A stretch of DNA of 64,000 bases from an uncultured Clostridia bacterium (GTDB lineage: Bacteria > Bacillota > Clostridia > Christensenellales > QAND01). The notes beneath the pieces are model-generated. The model worked only from the letters and a program-made list of their open reading frames with translations, was not told the DNA's origin and searched no databases. A program made the translations under genes and the position numbers. This document shows, piece after piece, positions 58,042 through 64,000 of this stretch; the stretch's first letter is position 1, and each line of letters begins with the position of its first letter. The stretch covers positions 107,538 to 171,537 of the forward strand of contig CAZHNN010000002.1 of assembly GCA_964533965.1 (NCBI GenBank). Reading direction: 5' to 3'.

Positions 58042-58581
58042 TTACTTACCGGTCTTTCCGGCCTTGCGGCGGATGACTTCGTTTTCGTATTTGATGCCCT
58101 TGCCCTTATACGGCTCCGGCGGTCTTACCTGGCGCACCTTCGCGGCCATCTCGCCCACGAATTGCTTCGAGATGCCCTTGATGATGATGCGGGTCTGAGT
58201 GGGCACTTCAAATTCGATTCCCTTGGGCTGTTCCATCTCAACCGGATGGGAGTATCCCATGTTCAGCACAAGCTTGGTGCCCTGCTTCTGCGCGCGGTAT
58301 CCGACGCCGTTGATATCCAGCGTCTTGGTAAATCCCTTTGTGACACCATCGACCATGTTGGCGATCAGCGTTCGGGACAAACCGTGCAGCGCCCTGTGCT
58401 GCGGAAGATCAGAGGGACGTTCCACCGTCACCGTGCTGTTTTCCACCGTCACCTTGATCGCGCTGTTGATCTGCTCCGAAAGCTCACCCTTGGGTCCCTT
58501 GACAGAAACTTTGTTGTTCTGGTCCACCGTGACGCTGACACCTTGGGGCAGGCTGATGGGTTTTTTGCCTATACGAGACAT
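58042..58581 (-). CDS. rplF: 50S ribosomal protein L6
   Basis: Canonical L6 sequence. Confidence 0.97.
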   Translation of the reverse strand: MSRIGKKPISLPQGVSVTVDQNNKVSVKGPKGELSEQINSAIKVTVENSTVTVERPSDLPQHRALHGLSRTLIANMVDGVTKGFTKTLDINGVGYRAQKQGTKLVLNMGYSHPVEMEQPKGIEFEVPTQTRIIIKGISKQFVGEMAAKVRQVRPPEPYKGKGIKYENEVIRRKAGKTGK

Positions 58582-58604
58582 TTTACACCTCCGTTTGCGA
58601 CATC

Positions 58605-59003
58605 TTACCAGATGTACGCAAGTACCTCTCCGCCAATGTTCTTCGCACGGGCTTCCTTATCCGTCATTACGCCCTGGGACGTGGAAATGATGGCGATGCC
58701 CAATCCGCCCAACACCCGCGGAACCTCTGCCTTGCCGGCATACACCCGAAGACCGGGCTTGCTGATGCGGCGCAAACCGCTGATGATGCCCTGTTGGTTT
58801 GGGCCATATTTCAGCCCTATCTTGATCGAGCCCTGCGGGCCGTTGTCCACGATTTCTACGCTCTTGACATATCCTTCGTTCAAAAGGATGTGAGCGATGG
58901 ATTTCTTCATATTGCTGGCCGGCACTTCAATGGCGTCGTGCCTGGCAACCAGCGCATTGCGGATACGTGTGAGCATATCGGCAATTGGATCTGTAACGAC
59001 CAT
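58605..59003 (-). CDS. rpsH: 30S ribosomal protein S8
   Basis: Canonical S8 sequence. Confidence 0.97.
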   Translation of the reverse strand: MVVTDPIADMLTRIRNALVARHDAIEVPASNMKKSIAHILLNEGYVKSVEIVDNGPQGSIKIGLKYGPNQQGIISGLRRISKPGLRVYAGKAEVPRVLGGLGIAIISTSQGVMTDKEARAKNIGGEVLAYIW

Positions 59004-59024
59004 GTTCCGTTCTCCTTTCGTGAA

Positions 59025-59210
59025 CTACCAGCTTGCCTTGCGCACGCCGGGTATTTCGCCGCGATATGCCATCTCACGAAAACAGATGCGGCAGATGCCA
59101 TACTTGCGAAGCACGCTGTGCGGCCTTCCGCAGATGCGGCACCGTGTATAAGCGCGGGTTGAGAACTTGGGGGTCCTCAATTGCTTATTGATCATGCTCT
59201 TCTTGGCCAA
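59025..59210 (-). CDS. rpsZ: 30S ribosomal protein S14, type Z (zinc-binding)
   Basis: 61 aa with CRICGRP..CRIC zinc motif. Confidence 0.96.
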   Translation of the reverse strand: MAKKSMINKQLRTPKFSTRAYTRCRICGRPHSVLRKYGICRICFREMAYRGEIPGVRKASW

Positions 59211-59224
59211 CGTCTGTTTCCTCC

Positions 59225-59785
59225 TTACTGATTCTGCATAAACGGCATTCCGAGCAGCACCATCAGCTCACGGGCTTCTTCGTCCGTCTTGGCTGTGGTC
59301 ACGAACACGATATCCATGCCGCGCACTTTGTCGACCTTATCGTACTGGATCTCCGGAAAGATGAGCTGCTCACGCACGCCCAAGGCGTAATTGCCCCTGC
59401 CGTCGAAGCTCTTGTCGGACACGCCGCGGAAATCGCGCACGCGCGGCAGTGCAATGTTGAGAAGCTTATCTGCAAACTCATACATGCGGCGTCCGCGCAA
59501 AGAGACCTTGGCGCCGACGTTCATGCCCTGGCGAAGGCGGAAGTTCGCGACGGATTTCTTCGCCTTGATCACAACCGGCTTCTGGCCGGCGATGACCGCA
59601 AGGTCCGCCGTGGCGGCTTCCAGGCCTTTGGCGTTGTCCTTCACGTCTCCCAGACCCATGTTCAATACGATCTTTTCAAGCTTCGGCACTTCGTTGATGT
59701 TCTTGTAAACGAACTTCTTCATCAGAGCCGGAACCACTTCATCCTGATATTTCTGCCGAAGTCTCGGCATTGCTTGTTGGGCCAT
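59225..59785 (-). CDS. rplE: 50S ribosomal protein L5
   Basis: Canonical L5 sequence. ATG 59785 follows AAGGAGG with an 8-nt spacer, and the track ORF overlaps rplX. Confidence 0.95.
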   Translation of the reverse strand: MAQQAMPRLRQKYQDEVVPALMKKFVYKNINEVPKLEKIVLNMGLGDVKDNAKGLEAATADLAVIAGQKPVVIKAKKSVANFRLRQGMNVGAKVSLRGRRMYEFADKLLNIALPRVRDFRGVSDKSFDGRGNYALGVREQLIFPEIQYDKVDKVRGMDIVFVTTAKTDEEARELMVLLGMPFMQNQ

Positions 59786-59805
59786 ATCCATATCCTCCTT
59801 ATGCC

Positions 59806-60129
59806 TCAGCCGAGCTCGGCGCCGCAGTGCTTGCACACGCGCACCTTTTTGCCGGCTTGCATCTTAACGGAGATGCGGGTTGCCTTTTTGCATTTCTCGC
59901 AGTACAGCATCACGTTGGAGGAATCGATCGCCCGCTCCGACTTGATGATACCGCCGGGCTGGCCCTGTCCCCGAGGCTTTGTATGGCGGGACACGACGTT
60001 GACTTTCTCCACCGTGACCTTGCCGTCGCTCGGCTGTGCAATGAGCACCTTCCCGATCGTTCCTTTGTCTTTGCCCGCGATCACGACGACGGTATCATCG
60101 CGGCGGACATGCAGCTTGTTTGCCATCAT
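59806..60129 (-). CDS. rplX: 50S ribosomal protein L24
   Basis: Canonical L24 KOW sequence with a C-terminal CxxC..CxxC. Confidence 0.96.
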   Translation of the reverse strand: MMANKLHVRRDDTVVVIAGKDKGTIGKVLIAQPSDGKVTVEKVNVVSRHTKPRGQGQPGGIIKSERAIDSSNVMLYCEKCKKATRISVKMQAGKKVRVCKHCGAELG

Positions 60130-60138
60130 GATTTCCTC

Positions 60139-60507
60139 CTACAGCACTTCGGGTGCAAGGGAGATGATGCGCATGTAATCCTTCTCGCGCAGTTCCCTTG
60201 CCACGGGCCCAAAGATACGAGTCCCGCGCGGCTGTTTCTGATCGTTGATGATGACCGCAGCGTTGTCGTCGAACTTGATATAGCTCCCGTCCGGCCGGTT
60301 GACACCTTTTGAGGTGCGAACGATCACGGCGCGGACAACATCCTTTTTCTTCACAACGCCGCCGGGCGCAGCGCTTTTGACCGATGCGATTATAACATCG
60401 CCGATGTTGCCGCTCTTGCGGAACGATCCGCCCAACACTTTAATGCACTGGATCTCTTTGGCACCGGTGTTGTCGGCAACCTTCAACCTGGTTTGCGGTT
60501 GAATCAT
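60139..60507 (-). CDS. rplN: 50S ribosomal protein L14
   Basis: [21 protein letters not shown] 60507 follows GGAGGA. Confidence 0.97.
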   Translation of the reverse strand: MIQPQTRLKVADNTGAKEIQCIKVLGGSFRKSGNIGDVIIASVKSAAPGGVVKKKDVVRAVIVRTSKGVNRPDGSYIKFDDNAAVIINDQKQPRGTRIFGPVARELREKDYMRIISLAPEVL

Positions 60508-60527
60508 GGCGTTGTCCTCCCTTTTAA

Positions 60528-60788
60528 TTATTTGGCTTTCTCGATGATGTTGACGACGCGCCAACGCTTGTCTTTACTTAGCGGGCGGGTCTCCATAACC
60601 AGAACCGTGTCGCCTACGCCGCAGGCGTTCTCTTCGTCGTGGGCTTTGAATTTCGTGGTTCTCTTGGTGATCTTACCGTACAGCGGGTGCTTGACGAGCG
60701 TGCTGATGGCCACAACAACCGTCTTATCCATCTTGTCGGATACGACGACCCCGGTCCGTGTTTTACGATGCCCTCTGGTGTCTGCCAT
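60528..60788 (-). CDS. rpsQ: 30S ribosomal protein S17
   Basis: Canonical S17 sequence. Confidence 0.97.
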   Translation of the reverse strand: MADTRGHRKTRTGVVVSDKMDKTVVVAISTLVKHPLYGKITKRTTKFKAHDEENACGVGDTVLVMETRPLSKDKRWRVVNIIEKAK

Positions 60789-60800
60789 TGTCGTGCCTCC

Positions 60801-61001
60801 TTACGCCTTTGCCTTGAGTTCACGCTCGCGCAGAATGGTCTGGACACGGGCGATATCATGCTTGGTCTCTTTGATGGTCATGGGATTGGTCAACTGGCTG
60901 GTCGCGAGTTGAAAGCGCAGATTGAACAGCTCGGTTTTGAGCTCGCCTAACTTTGTGTTCAACTCGGGTGTAGACATCTCATGTAATTGTTTGGCTTTCA
61001 T
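60801..61001 (-). CDS. rpmC: 50S ribosomal protein L29
   Basis: [18 protein letters not shown]... The start overlaps the rplP stop. Confidence 0.96.
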   Translation of the reverse strand: MKAKQLHEMSTPELNTKLGELKTELFNLRFQLATSQLTNPMTIKETKHDIARVQTILRERELKAKA

Positions 61002-61429
61002 TGCGCTGCACCACCCTCGAGTTCTACTTTGCTGGCGAACTTGCATTTACAGGGAAGTTTATGCATGGCAAGCCGCATCGCTTCGCGCGCCTGATCCTCC
61101 GGAACGCCGCCGATCTCAAAGAGCACACGGCCCGGACGAACCACGGCTACCCAGTATTCCGGGGAACCTTTGCCGCTTCCCATGCGGGTTTCTGCAGGCT
61201 TTTCGGTGACGGGCTTGTGCGGGAAGATCTTGATCCACACCTGGCCGCCCCTACGGATGTAACGTGTCATCGCGATACGGGCCGCCTCTATCTGATTGGA
61301 TGTGATCCAGCAGGGCTCCAACGCCACCAGGCCGTATTCACCGTTGCTTATCGTGACGCCGCGGGTTTCCGTACCCTTCATGCGGCCGCGGAACACTCTC
61401 CTGCGCTTTACGCGTTTAGGCATTAACAT
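60998..61429 (-). CDS. rplP: 50S ribosomal protein L16
   Basis: [19 protein letters not shown]... The start overlaps the end of rpsC. Confidence 0.97.
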   Translation of the reverse strand: MLMPKRVKRRRVFRGRMKGTETRGVTISNGEYGLVALEPCWITSNQIEAARIAMTRYIRRGGQVWIKIFPHKPVTEKPAETRMGSGKGSPEYWVAVVRPGRVLFEIGGVPEDQAREAMRLAMHKLPCKCKFASKVELEGGAAQ

Positions 61430-62177
61430 CTGTGTTCTGCCTCCTTGCTTGTCTGTCATCGCGCCTGTCATCACGCCGTTCACGTCTGTCGGGACGCCTG
61501 TTTTCCTGGCGCTCCTCGCGGACTTCTTCGCCGGCGCGGCGCATTTGCTTGCCCAAAATCTCGCCCTTATAGACCCAGGCTTTTACGCCGATGCGTCCAT
61601 AGGTGGTGTGGGCTTCGGCAAAACCGAAATCGATGTCGGCCCGGATCGTCTGCAGCGGAATGCTGCCTTCGTGATAGCTCTCAGTCCTTGCTATCTCGGC
61701 ACCGCCAAGCCGTCCTGCGACCATGAGCTTGATGCCCTTGGCGCCGCTCTTCATGGCTCTGCCGATGGTCTGCTTCATGGCCCTACGGAAGGACACGCGG
61801 CGTTCAAGCTGCGCTGCCACCGCTTCGGCCACAAGCTGCGCGTCCATATCGGGGCGCTTGACCTCGATGATGTTCACGTTGCAGGGCTTGCCGACGAATT
61901 TGTTGATATCAGCTTTGAGCGTTTCCACGCCCGCACCACCGCGGCCAATAACGATGCCGGGCTTTGCGGTGTGGATGTTGATGGTTATCTTGTTGGCGGC
62001 ACGCTCGATCTCGATGTGGGAGACGCCTGCCGGGAACAATTTCTTCTTCAAATACCCACGGATCTTATGGTCTTCGATCAGGTAGTTGGAAAAGTCCTTG
62101 CGGGAGGCGAACCAACGGGTATTCCAATCCTTATTGACGCCAACGCGAAATCCATGCGGATGAATTTTCTGACCCAT
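61416..62177 (-). CDS. rpsC: 30S ribosomal protein S3 (with Arg/Asp-rich C-terminal tail)
   Basis: Canonical S3 KH and C-terminal domains plus a tail, [27 protein letters not shown]. Confidence 0.97.
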   Translation of the reverse strand: MGQKIHPHGFRVGVNKDWNTRWFASRKDFSNYLIEDHKIRGYLKKKLFPAGVSHIEIERAANKITINIHTAKPGIVIGRGGAGVETLKADINKFVGKPCNVNIIEVKRPDMDAQLVAEAVAAQLERRVSFRRAMKQTIGRAMKSGAKGIKLMVAGRLGGAEIARTESYHEGSIPLQTIRADIDFGFAEAHTTYGRIGVKAWVYKGEILGKQMRRAGEEVREERQENRRPDRRERRDDRRDDRQARRQNTDVNA

Positions 62178-62187
62178 GTGTATCCTC

Positions 62188-62574
62188 CTATTTGACCTGA
62201 TCCAGGATCACGGTGATGTGGCTGGTACGCTTTAATATCTGGCTTGCGCGTCCCTGTGCCCGTGGCATAAACCGTTTCATCGTGGGCCCGCCGTCGGCGA
62301 ACACCTCGGCGACAAAGAGCTGGTCACGGTTCATTTCCATATTGTTTTCGGCGTTTGCTGCTGCTGAATTCAGCAATTTGCCGACCACTTCACTTACGCC
62401 CTTCGGGGAGAGCATCAGGATGGCTTCCGCTTCCTGCAGGCGCTTGCCGCGAATCTGGTCTATGACGTAGCGGACCTTGCGCGGGCTTACGCGCGCATAG
62501 CGCAGTACAGCTCTGGGCCGCTTGTCGTTGGTTTCATGACGATTTTGGGTTTTTTCCTTTGATCTGGTTGCCAT
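62188..62574 (-). CDS. rplV: 50S ribosomal protein L22
   Basis: ATG 62574 (MATRSKEK..) follows GGAGGT. The canonical L22 core follows. Confidence 0.96.
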   Translation of the reverse strand: MATRSKEKTQNRHETNDKRPRAVLRYARVSPRKVRYVIDQIRGKRLQEAEAILMLSPKGVSEVVGKLLNSAAANAENNMEMNRDQLFVAEVFADGGPTMKRFMPRAQGRASQILKRTSHITVILDQVK

Positions 62575-62584
62575 ACTGTACCTC

Positions 62585-62866
62585 CTAACGGCTGCCCGAA
62601 GACTTTTCGCTGCCGGAATGGCCGCGGAAGGTCCGGGTGGGCGCGAATTCGCCCAGCTTATGGCCAACCATATCCTCAATGACATAGACCGGCACATGCT
62701 TCTTGCCGTCGTGCACGGCAATGGTATGGCCTACCATATCGGGGAATATCGTGGAGGAACGGGACCAGGTCTTGAAAACCTTCTTCTCGTTCTTATGGTT
62801 CATCTGCTGTATACGGGCCAACAACCTATCCGATATGTACGGCCCTTTTTTCACTGAACGGGACAT
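62585..62866 (-). CDS. rpsS: 30S ribosomal protein S19
   Basis: Canonical S19 sequence. Confidence 0.97.
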   Translation of the reverse strand: MSRSVKKGPYISDRLLARIQQMNHKNEKKVFKTWSRSSTIFPDMVGHTIAVHDGKKHVPVYVIEDMVGHKLGEFAPTRTFRGHSGSEKSSGSR

Positions 62867-62879
62867 TGGTCAGCCTCCT

Positions 62880-63713
62880 TTACTTGGCGTTCCGACGACG
62901 AACGATGAATTTATTGGATTCCGCTTTGTGGTTTCTGGTCTTGTGACCAAGCGCAGGCTTGCCCCAAGGCGTCAAAGGTCCTGCATGGCCGATCGGCGAT
63001 TTGCCTTCGCCACCGCCATGCGGGTGGTCGACCGGGTTCATGACCGAGCCGCGAACCGTGGGTCTGAAGCCGCGGGCCCTCGTGCGTCCCGCTTTGCCCA
63101 ACGAGACGTTCTCATTGGTCTCGTTGCTGACCTGACCGATGCAGGCCCGGGAGTCCATCGGTACCATGCGCACTTCGCCGGAGGGCAGGCGGACTTGCGC
63201 GTAAGCGCCTTCCTTTGCCATCAGCTGAGCGCTGGTGCCGGCGGTGCGGCAGAGCTGGCCGCCCTTTCCGGGTATCAGTTCAATGTTATGGATCACTGTG
63301 CCAAGCGGGATATTCCGAATCGGCAGGCAATTGCCCACGATGATGTCGGCATTGGGACCTGAGATAACCGTTTGTCCGACCGTCAACCCGATGGGCGCTA
63401 TCATGTAGCGCTTTTCACCGTCGGCATAGTGCAGAAGCGCAATGAATGCCGTGCGGTTCGGATCGTATTCGAGCGTGGCAACCTTGGCGGGAACGCCGTC
63501 CTTGTTGCGCTTGAAATCGATGATGCGGTACTGGCGCTTGTTGCCGCCTCCGCGGTGGCGCACCGTGATGCGGCCGTGAAGGTTACGCCCGGCGTTCTTA
63601 CGCAGGTCTTCTAAGAGCGAACGCTCCGGCTCGGTCTTGGTCAAGCCGCTGTAATCCGTCACCGACATGAAACGGCGCGCCGGTGAAGTCGGCTTGTATT
63701 TTTTGATAGCCAT
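62880..63713 (-). CDS. rplB: 50S ribosomal protein L2
   Basis: Canonical L2 sequence. Confidence 0.97.
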   Translation of the reverse strand: MAIKKYKPTSPARRFMSVTDYSGLTKTEPERSLLEDLRKNAGRNLHGRITVRHRGGGNKRQYRIIDFKRNKDGVPAKVATLEYDPNRTAFIALLHYADGEKRYMIAPIGLTVGQTVISGPNADIIVGNCLPIRNIPLGTVIHNIELIPGKGGQLCRTAGTSAQLMAKEGAYAQVRLPSGEVRMVPMDSRACIGQVSNETNENVSLGKAGRTRARGFRPTVRGSVMNPVDHPHGGGEGKSPIGHAGPLTPWGKPALGHKTRNHKAESNKFIVRRRNAK

Positions 63714-63739
63714 AATCCGTTTCCTCCCGTATGCGTCCG

Positions 63740-64000
63740 TTACTGCGCCATGCCTTCGAAGAACTCGATGGCTTTGGATGCGCGTGTAAGCGTGACATAT
63801 GCTTTCTTAATGGACGGCTTGCGCCCGCTGTGGATCCCCTGGCGCTTGATCTTGCCAAGCTGGCGAAGGATGTTGACCTTCTCCACCTGCACGTCAAACA
63901 CCTCTTCCACCGCCTGCTTCACCATGGTCTTGGTGGCTCTTGGATCGACAATAAATACGTATTTCTTGTCCGCCATATCCTGGTAGGATTTTTCCGTCAG
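63740..64000 (-). CDS. rplW: 50S ribosomal protein L23 (5' end cut by window edge)
   Basis: The reading frame stays open upstream of the track's Met (..[23 protein letters not shown]..), so the N-terminus lies beyond position 64000. Confidence 0.93.
   Translation of the reverse strand: MTEKSYQDMADKKYVFIVDPRATKTMVKQAVEEVFDVQVEKVNILRQLGKIKRQGIHSGRKPSIKKAYVTLTRASKAIEFFEGMAQ

Noticed and set aside
61296-62195. 299-aa plus-strand ORF, and similar 150-260-aa ORFs across the ribosomal operons (for example 50600-51352, 53886-54680, 58162-58893)
   Set aside because: All are antisense to canonical ribosomal, rpoA or map genes. None has an SD or recognisable motifs.

Overview
This 64-kb chromosomal window looks like a Gram-positive, Clostridia-type genome, judging by strong GGAGG-type Shine-Dalgarno sites, Firmicute operon orders and roughly mid-50s percent GC by eye. 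I found no rRNA, tRNA, CRISPR array, transposase or integrase. About half of the window is core translation machinery on the minus strand. Positions 45.7-64 kb hold the S10/spc/alpha ribosomal super-operon: rplW (cut by the window end) through rplQ, then ecfA1-ecfA2-ecfT-truA and rplM-rpsI. Positions 26.9-30.5 kb hold rpmG-secE-nusG-rplK-rplA-rplJ-rplL. The remaining housekeeping genes are the start of the atp operon, bioY, gap, two M29 aminopeptidases, a GT2 glycosyltransferase, pepD, a regulator with potABCD, guaB-like, glmM and trxB. Several accessory segments stand out.
(1) At 33.3-40.9 kb, two divergent enolase-like genes bracket two MOFRL glycerate-2-kinase-like genes, next to an AEC permease and an AraC regulator. 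The enolase paralogues keep the metal ligands but have lost the canonical acid/base residues. This is my best candidate for an uncharacterised pathway.
(2) At 21.0-24.2 kb there is an operon of four copies of a membrane module with an NW(R/G)(I/V)D(F/Y)D..GF motif, an HExxH protein and a 176-aa unknown protein. A decayed copy of that unknown gene lies at 19.2 kb.
(3) Downstream of gap, two partial copies of the gap 3' end plus terminator bracket two AT-rich single-gene inserts.
(4) About nine phased 17-19-bp repeats sit upstream of the rplM promoter.
(5) rpmG carries an apparent 1-nt frameshift.
Gene starts were re-picked from SD sites where the ORF track overshoots. Many long ORFs antisense to real genes were rejected.
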